NCBI GenBank assembly: GCA_031552845.1
Contig: JAVBMC010000028.1
Coordinates: 4,047-68,046, forward strand
Source: Kiritimatiellia bacterium
Lineage (GTDB): Bacteria; Verrucomicrobiota; Kiritimatiellia; RFP12; DVOR01
Reading direction: 5' to 3'
Length of the DNA: 64,000 bases
The notes under the pieces were generated by a model. The model made no database searches and was not told the origin of the DNA. It was given only the letters and a program-made list of their open reading frames with translations. Below are positions 30,767-40,843 of the stretch, piece by piece. Positions within the stretch are counted from its first letter, which is position 1. Each line of letters begins with the position of its first letter. Made by a program: the position numbers and the translations under genes.

Positions 30767-31168
30767 ATGCAAACCACATCAGTCACATCCAAGATTCTCC
30801 GCCGTTCACGCCGCGGTTTTACGCTCGTTGAGCTTCTGTTGGTGGTGATGATCCTCGGTATCCTCGGCACAGTGGCGTTTGTGCAATTCGCCGGCGCCGG
30901 TGACGAAGCCCGCCGTACTGCAACACGCATGAGCATTAAGGCCGTGGCTGATGCTGTGCGCGTTTACGAAATTCAAGTTGGCCGTTATCCCGACAGTCTT
31001 GAAGCTTTGACGGCACCAATCAATGAGCGTCCCCCGCTGTTGCAAGCCGGTGCGTTGGTGGACTCTTGGGGCACACCCTTTACTTACAAGCGCACAGGGA
31101 TGCAGTACGAAGTGCGCTCGGCAGGCCCAGACCTACAAGTGGGCACCGAGGACGATCTGACCAATTAA
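30767..31168 (+). CDS. gspG: Major pseudopilin G
   Basis: G|FTLVELL; G.YP.SL..L; DSWG.PF.Y; SAGPD...GTEDD. Confidence 0.9.
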   Translation: MQTTSVTSKILRRSRRGFTLVELLLVVMILGILGTVAFVQFAGAGDEARRTATRMSIKAVADAVRVYEIQVGRYPDSLEALTAPINERPPLLQAGALVDSWGTPFTYKRTGMQYEVRSAGPDLQVGTEDDLTN

Positions 31169-31176
31169 AGTGAACC

Positions 31177-31875
31177 ATGCGCTTCTCTCCTCCGGCAGAT
31201 ACGTCGCCGGCGTCATCCGGTGCCGGTGGAGCTCGATGGCAGTTCAAGCGGGGGTTTACCCTCATTGAGCTGCTGTTGGTAATTGCGATTGTCGGCGTGA
31301 TGCTGGCGGTCGTAACCACGGAGTTTGCAGGAGGAATCGGGGGCACGCGTTTGCAGATGACAGCGCAGGGGGTGATGCGTATGTCGCGTTACGCGCGCAG
31401 CATGTCGGTATTACAGCAGCAGCCGGCCTACCTTGTGTTTGGCAGCAACGGCACGTTGCGCGTGATTACCCAAGTCACGTTGACCAATTCAGTTGAGAAA
31501 AGCGCGGCCGACCTTGCGGAGGCTCAAGCACTGACCACCTCTTCCACGGTCTATGATGCCGAAGGCGCTGCGGCACCTAAAACCGCCGATGGGCACTCGA
31601 TTACGCAGACGGAAGCCGAGCAGGCTTATGAACGGGTGCGCTACAAGATCGAGTATACCGACACGGTGGATTCAAGCCATTATAAATCCACAGCCCGACG
31701 GAAATACGAACACCTCATGGATCAGCCCTTGGACCGGGTATTCTATAAGTCGAACGGCACCTGCCGCCCTTACAAAGTGACTATTTACGACACGGATGAT
31801 CCTGAAGAACGGGTCAAGATTGAAGTCCAAGTTGACATGCTTGGACAAGCTAAAATCATTGATGGCCACTCCTAA
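31177..31875 (+). CDS. Minor pseudopilin (GspH-like)
   Basis: G|FTLIELL motif; position after gspG. Confidence 0.8.
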   Translation: MRFSPPADTSPASSGAGGARWQFKRGFTLIELLLVIAIVGVMLAVVTTEFAGGIGGTRLQMTAQGVMRMSRYARSMSVLQQQPAYLVFGSNGTLRVITQVTLTNSVEKSAADLAEAQALTTSSTVYDAEGAAAPKTADGHSITQTEAEQAYERVRYKIEYTDTVDSSHYKSTARRKYEHLMDQPLDRVFYKSNGTCRPYKVTIYDTDDPEERVKIEVQVDMLGQAKIIDGHS

Positions 31876-32297
31876 TGCACACGCAAACATCCATATCCGC
31901 CAAACGCCTCGCCCGACAGCGCGGTATGACCTTGATTGAGGTGCTCATGGGCACCATGATCTTGGCGGGCGGCTTGATAGTTTTGTTAACGTGCTTGTCC
32001 ACCTGTATTGAAATGATTGCCGCCTCCAAGCAAGTGCAGCAGGTGCAGTATGTGTTTGATCTGGCGGAGTTGAAGTATCCCATCAACGAAGATCAGCTCA
32101 AAAACGTCGAAGAGCTGGTGCCTGTCAGCCGCGACAGCAGCATCGTCGATGGCTTCACATTTGAGCGGACGGTGGATGAGAAGGACAAGTTTGCCGATGT
32201 TGTGGATGATAAACTCTATATCGTCCGCTCCATCGTGAGTTGGAATTACGGCAAGCAAAGCGAAGAGGTGATGGAGTATGTCCGCCAGACAGACTAA
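31875..32297 (+). CDS. Minor pseudopilin (GspI-like)
   Basis: G|MTLIEVL motif; operon position. Confidence 0.8.
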   Translation: MHTQTSISAKRLARQRGMTLIEVLMGTMILAGGLIVLLTCLSTCIEMIAASKQVQQVQYVFDLAELKYPINEDQLKNVEELVPVSRDSSIVDGFTFERTVDEKDKFADVVDDKLYIVRSIVSWNYGKQSEEVMEYVRQTD

Positions 32298-33180
32298 GTC
32301 AAACTCCGCCTTTACTCTGTTGGAGCTCATGCTGGCCGTCTCAATTTTGGCGGTCATGACGGTCGTGACGTTCTTCTGCTTTGATATTGTCGTGAACACG
32401 TGGCAGTCCGGGTTGGAGGTCGCCAATTCCAACAACGAGGGCGCCTATGCGATTGACCAGTTGGCGGCGGGATTACGCTCGGCTTATTATCCCAATACCG
32501 GCGAGAGCGACTACAAATACGGCTTTGCCTTCATCGACGGCGGCGACGGCACCTATACAACCGATACCATCGAATGGACCAAAATGGGCCCCGCGTTGGT
32601 GGGTGAAGATGCCAGCTTTGTCGAAATGCCGCACCGCGTCGTGGTGCGGGTACAGCAGTATGGCAAGAACGGTAACGACGGCGACGGGTTGAGCGTCAAA
32701 GCTTGGCGTCAGGATCTCCAGTTGGATGAGTTTAAGCCGGATGAGGACTTGGAGTTCTTTCTGCTGGCGCCGCGTGTCGTCGGGTTCAACTGTCGCATGC
32801 TCGACAAAGACAACCCAATCAAAGATGAAGAGCCCAATTGGATTGACGAATGGACATGGTCAAACTCCATCCCATCGAAAGTAGAGCTGACAATCTATTT
32901 AAAGCCTGCCAAAGAAAAAGCCGACCCCATCGCCATTAAGCGTATCGTCGACATCCCCATGGCGGCCTTCTCGCAAAACCCGCAGGCAAAAGATTCCGGC
33001 AGCGGCACGACAGGCGGTAACCGTACGCTTGACGGAGGCGCCGATGGAGGCAGCGATATCATTTATCGTCCGGGCGGCAGAACTCCCGGGGGTAACTCAA
33101 GGCCAGGGGGCACCACCCCAGGTGGAAGGACACCAGGTGGCGGTATGGCGCCTCCCGGTGGCGGAGGCGGACCGCCATGA
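32278..33180 (+). CDS. Minor pseudopilin (GspJ-like) with Gly/Pro repeat tail
   Basis: A|FTLLELM motif; W...W....IP..V.L; (R/T)PGG repeats at C-terminus. Confidence 0.8.
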   Translation: MSARQTKSNSAFTLLELMLAVSILAVMTVVTFFCFDIVVNTWQSGLEVANSNNEGAYAIDQLAAGLRSAYYPNTGESDYKYGFAFIDGGDGTYTTDTIEWTKMGPALVGEDASFVEMPHRVVVRVQQYGKNGNDGDGLSVKAWRQDLQLDEFKPDEDLEFFLLAPRVVGFNCRMLDKDNPIKDEEPNWIDEWTWSNSIPSKVELTIYLKPAKEKADPIAIKRIVDIPMAAFSQNPQAKDSGSGTTGGNRTLDGGADGGSDIIYRPGGRTPGGNSRPGGTTPGGRTPGGGMAPPGGGGGPP

Positions 33181-34274
33181 TTTGCACGAACTTAAACAAA
33201 GGCTCGGCGCTGATTTCGGCATTGTGGACGGTGGCGTTGCTGTCCTTGCTAGTCATGGCGTTTGCGGTAGATGCCAACTTAGAAGCCAAACTGGTAACCT
33301 ATACCCGCACCAAGCGGCAGTCAACTTATCTGATCCGTTCCGGCATCTGCATTGCTGAACTGGTTTTGGATAAGCAGTCCAAGGTGACCGGCAGCGAAAC
33401 GATTGAAGAGGTGGAACGCGACCGTTGGATCAAACCGGCGGTGAGTTTGAAGCGGGGGCAAATCACCTATATTGACGAGCCGTTGAGTAATGGCGTGATC
33501 CACATCGAAATTGAGCCCGAACCTGCACGGTGGAATATTAATAAGCTGGTGCCGATGCAGGGGCAGGACAGCGAACGGATTGATGCTGTGTGGGCGCAGA
33601 TTTTCATGTCGCATGGTTTTCCGGAAGATTACTATCTGCCGCTGATTGCTTGCTTTAACGACTGGACCGATACCGATAGCATTGCAGATCCGGATGGTGC
33701 AGAAGATGAATATTACACGATGTTGGATCCGCCCTACCGCACAAAAAACGGACTTTTAAGCACGAAGGGCGAATTAAGTCTTGTCAAAGGCTTCACGGAT
33801 ACGGTATTATATGGGGGTGTAATCAATCCTGAAGCTCCGCCGGACAATCAAATCCAGGTGAAGGGGATTGATTATCTTTTCACGGTACACGGCGAGGACA
33901 CTTTGACGATCAATGTCAACGCCGCGGGTAAGGATGTTTTGATGACGGTTCCGGGGATGGACGAACTCCTCGCAGGAGCGATTATCGAGGAGCGCGAAGG
34001 CCGCGGGGAGTCTGTTGCTTCACAACGGCAGACGAACAAGATGGGCACTTCGACCGAGATGGCATTTGAGGATTTTTCTTTTAAGAACACGGGGGATGTG
34101 TCCGCGCGTATTCCGGGTATTCCGTCTTCGACGTTGGACTACCTGAGCACCAGCATCGGCACGTATCGGCTGACGATTGAAGGCCGCATCGGCGCCATTA
34201 CGCGGCGGGTGCAGGCGATTGTGACTTTTAGCGACAACGTGTTGCAATACGTGCAATACCGGGAAGACCCTTGA
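33177..34274 (+). CDS. gspK: Pseudopilin K
   Basis: G|SALISALW, R.NIN, DW.D.D....DGAE..YY, EL.LVKGF, INVNAA..DVL..VPG. Confidence 0.88.
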   Translation: MICTNLNKGSALISALWTVALLSLLVMAFAVDANLEAKLVTYTRTKRQSTYLIRSGICIAELVLDKQSKVTGSETIEEVERDRWIKPAVSLKRGQITYIDEPLSNGVIHIEIEPEPARWNINKLVPMQGQDSERIDAVWAQIFMSHGFPEDYYLPLIACFNDWTDTDSIADPDGAEDEYYTMLDPPYRTKNGLLSTKGELSLVKGFTDTVLYGGVINPEAPPDNQIQVKGIDYLFTVHGEDTLTINVNAAGKDVLMTVPGMDELLAGAIIEEREGRGESVASQRQTNKMGTSTEMAFEDFSFKNTGDVSARIPGIPSSTLDYLSTSIGTYRLTIEGRIGAITRRVQAIVTFSDNVLQYVQYREDP

Positions 34275-34295
34275 TCGGGCCGCCGCCAAGAAGGA

Positions 34296-35789
34296 TTGAA
34301 CAACCAGATCATGTTGAAAAAAGATTTTATAGCGCTGGCGGTCGGTAACGGCAGGCTCTGCGGCGTGCGGATGAAAAGAGACCGCGGCCAATGGGTGTCT
34401 GCCGGGGCTGGCGAATGGATGCTGGCGGATTTTGAGGCGCCGCCGGAAGAGAACGCCTCCGCCGTCACAGTTGATGTGGCCGATAAACCACTGGCCCGGG
34501 CGTTGCGTCAGGTGGTCAAGGAGTTAGGTTCGGCGGACATCGTGCTGACGATTCCGGACGAGCAGATTTTGTGCCAGGTTATCCGCGTGCCCGTTGCGGC
34601 GAAGTCTGAATTGGGCGAGCTGGTGCGCCTGCAGGTTGAGAAGATACTCCCCTTCAACGAAGAAGAACTGTCAGTCGGTTATGAAGTGCTGGCGGAGAGT
34701 GAGGACGAATGCACCGTCTTTGTTGCGACTGTGCCGACCTCAGTCACGGATGAATGGGGCGAAGCGCTTGAAGCCAATAAACTTCGTGCTGTGCGCGTGG
34801 AGGTCAGCTTGCTCGCATGGTGGCGTAGCTTGTGCGAACCGCTGGAGCTGACCCGCGCCGGGCGTCATGCGGTGCTGATGAACGACGGCTCCGGTTGGGA
34901 CTTGCTGGTATTGGATCACGGCATCCCGGTGTTGGCGCGTACGCTAGGTAAGATTTATGCACCGTCCGACTTTATCCGCGAATTGACGCTCTCATTTCTT
35001 AACATTGAAGTCGTCATGGGCGCGCAGCCTTTTACTGAAATCTTGGTTCTGCGTCCGCCGGCAACGTTCGAGAGCGTCGAGGCATTTACGATTTCGGATA
35101 CGCTTGATCAAACTTTGGCAACGACTCCTTTGGTCAACCCGGAGTCCATGGAAGCCGTCAAAAATGCGCTCTCCTGCTCCATCCGTTATAAGACGCTGCC
35201 CGAAGTCAACGTTTGCGCTCAAGGTGCGGCGAACCGTTCGGTTGAACCTGATACCATTGATTTGATGCCGGTGAAGTGGCGTGCCGCCGAGGTCGAGCGT
35301 AAGGCCCGTCAGCGGCTCTTCACTGGTGCAGGCGCCGCGGGAATCGTCTGGGTGTTTCTGGCAGCGATCTTGTTCCTCTCGCCGATCGGCTGTGATAAGA
35401 TGGTCCAAGGAGTACAGAAAAACTCCCAAGCAATCGCGCAAGAATATAAAGAAGCAACCGACCTCATGGCACGCGTCCGTTTAATCCGTGCCTACATGGA
35501 TCGCGACTTGGCAGCTGTTGAAGTGTTGAGGCAAATGTCGTTGGTTCAGCCGGCTGGCATTACCTTGACCTCGTTCACCTATCGCCGCGAGGAGGGCTTG
35601 CGCATCTCGGGCGAGGCCGATGACCCCGCACAGGTGTACGAGTTCAAGGACGGCATTGCCGCTTTACGGCGTGGGAAAACGGAGACGTTACTGTTTGATC
35701 CGGTAACGCTGACGGGGCCTTCACAAGCGCAGCGTGGCAAGCACCGCTTTGACATCGCAGCGCAATTTCCGGGAGGGAAGGCGCAATGA
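34296..35789 (+). CDS. T2SS assembly protein, GspL/PilM-PilN-like fusion
   Basis: Cytoplasmic PilM-like region, IDLMP..W, one TM, periplasmic PilN-like domain (P.GI.LTS...I.GEA); start may be ATG 34311. Confidence 0.75.
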   Translation: MNNQIMLKKDFIALAVGNGRLCGVRMKRDRGQWVSAGAGEWMLADFEAPPEENASAVTVDVADKPLARALRQVVKELGSADIVLTIPDEQILCQVIRVPVAAKSELGELVRLQVEKILPFNEEELSVGYEVLAESEDECTVFVATVPTSVTDEWGEALEANKLRAVRVEVSLLAWWRSLCEPLELTRAGRHAVLMNDGSGWDLLVLDHGIPVLARTLGKIYAPSDFIRELTLSFLNIEVVMGAQPFTEILVLRPPATFESVEAFTISDTLDQTLATTPLVNPESMEAVKNALSCSIRYKTLPEVNVCAQGAANRSVEPDTIDLMPVKWRAAEVERKARQRLFTGAGAAGIVWVFLAAILFLSPIGCDKMVQGVQKNSQAIAQEYKEATDLMARVRLIRAYMDRDLAAVEVLRQMSLVQPAGITLTSFTYRREEGLRISGEADDPAQVYEFKDGIAALRRGKTETLLFDPVTLTGPSQAQRGKHRFDIAAQFPGGKAQ

Positions 35790-36664
35790 GTACTGTATCC
35801 GCCCGCGAACGCACGCTTTTAATCATTACCGTATTAATCGCACTTTACGGTGTACTGGGCTTCTCGCTCAGGAAGCAGCTCGATTCGTTGAAAATCAAGC
35901 GCACGGCTTATACAAATGCCAAGTCCCAACTGGCCCTTGAGCGTCAGACCATTGCCGACCGCCCGTTAATTCAGGCGCGATATGATGATCTCAAAGCGCT
36001 CATGCCGGTGTTTTCGATGACCAAGGCTGTCGATACGCATTGGCTGAGCATCATGGACAACATCGCCACCAAGGAAAAACTCAACATCGCCAAGCGCCAG
36101 ACCGGTAAAGAAAACCGCGTCGGCGAAGTATACGAATCTGCGATTGAGTGCCGTGAATGGGATGGCCGTCTCGACGCGCTTACGCGTTTTCTCTACGACT
36201 TGGAGTCTGAGGGCGTAATGTTCGACCTGCGCCATCTCTTCATCCGTCCGCATCCACAGAACCCGGGCTTTCTACGCGGTTCCTTCACCTTGTATTGCGC
36301 TTACATGCGTTCGCCAAACGCGGTGGACGAACCTGCCAAGACCGCTCCGTCAGAAGGCGGCGCCGATGAAGGCGATACTGACGAAGATGGTGCAGAGAAG
36401 AATGACGCTGCCGTGACTGACACTAATGCGGTGCCTGCCACAGTTTCGCCATCTGAAAGCGTGACACCTGCGGCAACAAACGTGGTGCCCAAACCGGCTG
36501 TCAAGCCGGCACCCAAAACCAACGCCACTCCGCGGCGTTCCAGTTCACCCCGTCAACCCGCCGCCCGCCAAACATCGGCTGCGGCGACGAACGCCTCTCC
36601 TGAAGATGCTGTTGTGCTCGCCTCGGATGATGAGCAGCCCGTGGCAAAGAATGCGGAACAGTAA
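35786..36664 (+). CDS. T2SS GspM/PilO-like protein with long low-complexity tail
   Basis: S.RER + TM helix, coiled coil, L.RFLY.LE; acidic/Pro-Ala tail. Confidence 0.7.
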   Translation: MSTVSARERTLLIITVLIALYGVLGFSLRKQLDSLKIKRTAYTNAKSQLALERQTIADRPLIQARYDDLKALMPVFSMTKAVDTHWLSIMDNIATKEKLNIAKRQTGKENRVGEVYESAIECREWDGRLDALTRFLYDLESEGVMFDLRHLFIRPHPQNPGFLRGSFTLYCAYMRSPNAVDEPAKTAPSEGGADEGDTDEDGAEKNDAAVTDTNAVPATVSPSESVTPAATNVVPKPAVKPAPKTNATPRRSSSPRQPAARQTSAAATNASPEDAVVLASDDEQPVAKNAEQ

Positions 36665-36692
36665 GTTATTTTGATTTCAAAGGAATGAAGTT

Positions 36693-39398
36693 ATGAAGAA
36701 GTTTTTACTTTCAATCGTCATGCTGGCCGCCGTGCTAGTAGCACAGGCGCAGACGGCGGCTCCGTCCCGCTCCCGTCTTACGCCCGGGCGCCCGACCGGC
36801 GCTCCCGCCACTCCCGCCGGCGGACGGACAACTACTCCTACTCGGACGCCGCCGGTGACAACCGTCAGCTCAACCGATATCGCTGAACAGATTGACGCCG
36901 CTGAAAAAGGGACCAACGGTTTGCCGGCGCTCAAGTTCGCGGAAGCTCCCTCTGATCTCTTCCTGCAGCTCTACTCCATGGCTACCGGTAAGACGCTGCT
37001 CGTCGGTCCCGATGTGCCCAAGGCGACGATTACCCTGCGCAGTCAAGTTGAGCTTTCCGAGGAGGAATATCTGCGTGCGATTGAAGACGTGCTGCTGATG
37101 CACGGCATTGCACTGTTGCCAACCGAAGACGACGTCTTCATCCGCGTCGTTCCCGGTAAGGACATCCGTACTAAAGGCATCATCACCGAATTTACCGGCG
37201 AAAAGAACTACCCGGACAAAGGGCAGATGGTCAGCCGCATGATTACGCTCAAGGCAATCTTGGTGGAAGAGGCCAAGAAAGCCATTGAAGGCTTGAAGCG
37301 TACTGATGGCGTTATTCAAACCTTTGAGCGCACCAACTCCATTTTGATTACCGACACGCAGGCCAATGTCAACCGCATGTTGGAAATCATCAAATTCATC
37401 GATCAGCCCCTCCCCGTGATGGAAGAGGTGTTTGTCCGTGCTATCAAATACGCCAAGGCCGAAGACATCAAGAGCCGCATCGAAGCCATGGTCACCGAAT
37501 CGCAGCAGTCGCAAAAATCAACCACCGCCGCTGAGCCTTCGCGCTCCGGTTCCCCGGGTATCAGCACTCGCGCCTCGATCCCCGGTGTGACGCGCCCCGG
37601 CGCGGCGGCGCAGCCGGAGATCGTTCCCAGCGCGATTCTCGAAACGCTCGTAAGTGATGCCGACCGCGGCATGATCCGCGGCAAGGTGCAGATCATTTCC
37701 GACGAGCGCTCCAACAAGCTTATCATCATCACCCGCAAAGCAAACATGGACTTCTTTGACAAGGTGATTGATGTACTCGATGTCGAAACCGCCCCCGACG
37801 TGCAGGTCAAAATCATCCGCCTCAAGTACGCGTCCGTCGAAGGCAAGGACAGTGATAAAGGCGTTGTGGACATCCTGAACGAACTCATCGGCAACGCCTC
37901 TTCTTCCAAGGGTTCCTCCTCCGGCAAGAGCGGCAGCTCCTCTTCGTCTTCCACAACTCGCAGCGGTGCCACGCCGGGCGACAACCGCAGCCTGACGACC
38001 GGCACCACTCCGCCTCCCACTCCGGCACCTGCGGCCTCGCGTGCGGCAAGCGGCGACAAATCCTCCACCGGCAAAGTCGGCGAATTGAACAAGGATAACA
38101 TCACTGTCTTGGCCGACCGCCGGATTAATGCCGTTATCGTGATGGCCAGCCCGGGCGACATGATGGTGCTTGAAGCAATCATTGAAGCACTGGACGTTGA
38201 TTTGGCGCAGGTGCTCATCGAAACCGTCGTGTTGCAAGTCGAGCTGGGCGAAGACATCAGCACCGGCATTGACTGGGTGCAGCGCATCAAACATCGCGGC
38301 GACACCTACTTCGCCGGCGGCGGCGGCGGCGGACTCAATACCCCGCTTGACCTGCAGATCCTGCCGAGTGCAATCGGCGATGCCAGCTCCAACGCCGTAT
38401 CCTTTGCCTCGAAGGGCATCAAGTACTTCGCCACCTTTGCGAACCTGAACTTGGATATGGTGATCAACGCCAGCAAGACCGACAACCGCACCAAGATCAT
38501 TTCCTCGCCCATCATCATGACGCTGGACAATAAGGAAGCCACCATTGAAGCCACCGAGATGCGCTACCTCTATAAAGGCGTGCGTTATTCCGGCAACTAC
38601 AACTACGGTCAGGAAGTTCCGGACTACGACCAGCGCGACATCGGCCTGACTGTCAAAGTCACTCCGCGCATCAGCCCTAGCGGCAACGTGGTGCTGACGG
38701 TCGATGAAAAATTCGAGACGATCGGTCCAAACCAACAAGTGGGTAATGACTCCTACCCCACCGTCAACACGCGCAAACTGCAAGCCGATGTGGCTGTTAA
38801 AGACGGGCAGACCGTGGTGCTTGGCGGCTTGGTGCAAGGAGAGAAAAAGAACGACCGCACCGGCATTCCATTCTTAATGGATATTCCCATCCTTGGGTAT
38901 CTGTTCGGTTCCACGACCACCAACGAAAAGCGGGTCGAGCTGCTGGTCTTCTTGACGCCCTACGTAATGAAGACTTCCGAAGACGCCCAGCGCGAAGCAT
39001 TATACCGTAAGGATGCTCTCAACGCCTCCGACATCTGGACGACGCGTTGGTCCCGAAGTCCGCTGGCTGATCCGATGACCAAGGACGAGCTCCTCGAGGC
39101 AGAGAAGAGCCAAGAAGATCGCATCAAAGCTGAGGAAGAAGCTGGCAAAGCGTTGAAGCAGTATCGCGAGAAAGCCCTCAAGGAGCGCGAAGCCCGCCGC
39201 TTGAAGGAACTCAAGGAACAGGCCAAGAATCCCGCCAACGTCTCGATCATTCCTCCTGCCAGCGTCAAGCAGGAAGAACCGACCCCCGTCTCTTTTGACA
39301 TTGAGCACTACCTCAACAAATCCAACCAGGACGCCAAGGCGGAAGAGTCCACAGTCAACTCCATTCGCGGGTCCGACACCACCGAAGTCCTCAAATAA
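36693..39398 (+). CDS. gspD: Secretin GspD
   Basis: Signal peptide; ERTNSILI, DERSNKLII, D.RINAVIV N-domains; QVLIE, S.P.IMTLDN, GL...VTPRI, GIPFLMDIPILGYLF, ELLVFLTP. Confidence 0.93.
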   Translation: MKKFLLSIVMLAAVLVAQAQTAAPSRSRLTPGRPTGAPATPAGGRTTTPTRTPPVTTVSSTDIAEQIDAAEKGTNGLPALKFAEAPSDLFLQLYSMATGKTLLVGPDVPKATITLRSQVELSEEEYLRAIEDVLLMHGIALLPTEDDVFIRVVPGKDIRTKGIITEFTGEKNYPDKGQMVSRMITLKAILVEEAKKAIEGLKRTDGVIQTFERTNSILITDTQANVNRMLEIIKFIDQPLPVMEEVFVRAIKYAKAEDIKSRIEAMVTESQQSQKSTTAAEPSRSGSPGISTRASIPGVTRPGAAAQPEIVPSAILETLVSDADRGMIRGKVQIISDERSNKLIIITRKANMDFFDKVIDVLDVETAPDVQVKIIRLKYASVEGKDSDKGVVDILNELIGNASSSKGSSSGKSGSSSSSSTTRSGATPGDNRSLTTGTTPPPTPAPAASRAASGDKSSTGKVGELNKDNITVLADRRINAVIVMASPGDMMVLEAIIEALDVDLAQVLIETVVLQVELGEDISTGIDWVQRIKHRGDTYFAGGGGGGLNTPLDLQILPSAIGDASSNAVSFASKGIKYFATFANLNLDMVINASKTDNRTKIISSPIIMTLDNKEATIEATEMRYLYKGVRYSGNYNYGQEVPDYDQRDIGLTVKVTPRISPSGNVVLTVDEKFETIGPNQQVGNDSYPTVNTRKLQADVAVKDGQTVVLGGLVQGEKKNDRTGIPFLMDIPILGYLFGSTTTNEKRVELLVFLTPYVMKTSEDAQREALYRKDALNASDIWTTRWSRSPLADPMTKDELLEAEKSQEDRIKAEEEAGKALKQYREKALKEREARRLKELKEQAKNPANVSIIPPASVKQEEPTPVSFDIEHYLNKSNQDAKAEESTVNSIRGSDTTEVLK

Positions 39399-39421
39399 CC
39401 TCTTCCTCCGAAAGACCGTCC

Positions 39422-40786
39422 ATGAATTTCTCTCGCAGAAACTTTTTGAAAGCCGGCGCCATCGCGGGCACTCCCCTGATTCTTCCCAACTATGCTTTCG
39501 CCGCCGCAGAGGCGAATGAAAAACTCACCATGGGTTTTATCGGTCTTGGCATCCAAGGCCGCAGCCTGCTTGACAACTTCCTGTGGCGCGACCTCGTCAT
39601 CACCGCAGTCAGCGACGTCGATACCAACCGCCGCGAGGATGCCCTGCGCCGCGTCGATGCGTTTTACACCAAGAACCCTGAGCGCGGCAAACCCGGCAAC
39701 TGCAAAGCCTACAACGACTATCGCGAAATCCTCGCCCGCAAAGACATCGACGTCGTCTGCATCGCAACGCCTGACCACTGGCACGCCATCATGACCATCG
39801 AAACCCTACGCGCCGGAAAAGACGTCTATTGCGAAAAGCCCCTCACCTACAATGTTGCCGAAGCCGTCGCCGTGATGCAGGTTGCCAAAGAGACCGGGCG
39901 CATCATTCAGACCGGCGCGATGCAACGCTCCGGCGTCGAGTTCCGCACCGCCGCCGAGCTCGTGAGAAACGGCGTTATCGGCAAAGTCAAAACAGTCGAC
40001 TGCATGTTCGGCGGCCCCTCCAAACCGCACACCGACCCCGCACAAGAACAAGCCATGGAACCCGGCCTCGACTGGGACCGCTGGTGCGGACCCGCCCCGC
40101 TGGTCAAATACAACCCCGAGCTTTCACCGCGCGGCGTTCACGATTTCTTCCCGATGGTCTGGCGCATGGATGATTTATTCGGCACCGGCTATTGCGGCGA
40201 CTGGGGCGCACACCACCTCGACATCGCCCAATGGGGACTCGACATGGACAGCAGCGGCCCGGTCAAAATGATTAAGGCCGACCGCAAAGATTCCAACAAG
40301 CGTTCGCAATCCGGCGCACAGATGATCTTTGCTGATGGCGTCGTTCTCACCCACAAACCCTTCGGCGAATTCGGCGCAGTCTTCTCCGGCACCGATGGCG
40401 TCGTGTCCGTCAACCGTGACAAGTTCGAGATTATCCGCGATGGACAAGTCTTCAGCCGCTTCTCCAAGAAAGAAGACGGCGGCTCACTCGAAAGCGCCGT
40501 GCAGAAAGCCCGCAAAGAATTCCTTAAAGACGCCAAGGTCAAACTCTACGCCACCAAAGGCGGCCACTTGGAAGACTTTGTTGCCTGCTGTAAATCGCGC
40601 CAGCAGCCCTGTTCGCCTGCCGAAGTCGGCGCGCGCTCGGCAATCCTCTGCCAGCTCTTCAACACCTCCTACGTCGAAGACGCCGGCTTTGATTGGGACC
40701 CCGTCCGCAACATCTTCGCCAATGGCACAGGCAATCCCGCTTGGCGTACGCGTAACTACCGCGACGGCTACACGCTCAAAGTTTAA
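39422..40786 (+). CDS. Gfo/Idh/MocA oxidoreductase, Tat signal
   Basis: SRRNFLK, GLGIQG, TPDHWH, YCEKPLT, DWGAHHLDIAQW. Confidence 0.93.
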   Translation: MNFSRRNFLKAGAIAGTPLILPNYAFAAAEANEKLTMGFIGLGIQGRSLLDNFLWRDLVITAVSDVDTNRREDALRRVDAFYTKNPERGKPGNCKAYNDYREILARKDIDVVCIATPDHWHAIMTIETLRAGKDVYCEKPLTYNVAEAVAVMQVAKETGRIIQTGAMQRSGVEFRTAAELVRNGVIGKVKTVDCMFGGPSKPHTDPAQEQAMEPGLDWDRWCGPAPLVKYNPELSPRGVHDFFPMVWRMDDLFGTGYCGDWGAHHLDIAQWGLDMDSSGPVKMIKADRKDSNKRSQSGAQMIFADGVVLTHKPFGEFGAVFSGTDGVVSVNRDKFEIIRDGQVFSRFSKKEDGGSLESAVQKARKEFLKDAKVKLYATKGGHLEDFVACCKSRQQPCSPAEVGARSAILCQLFNTSYVEDAGFDWDPVRNIFANGTGNPAWRTRNYRDGYTLKV

Positions 40787-40843
40787 TCCCACACACGCGC
40801 CACGCCGGCTGCGCTCCATCCATCCTCGTCAAAAGGCAACACC

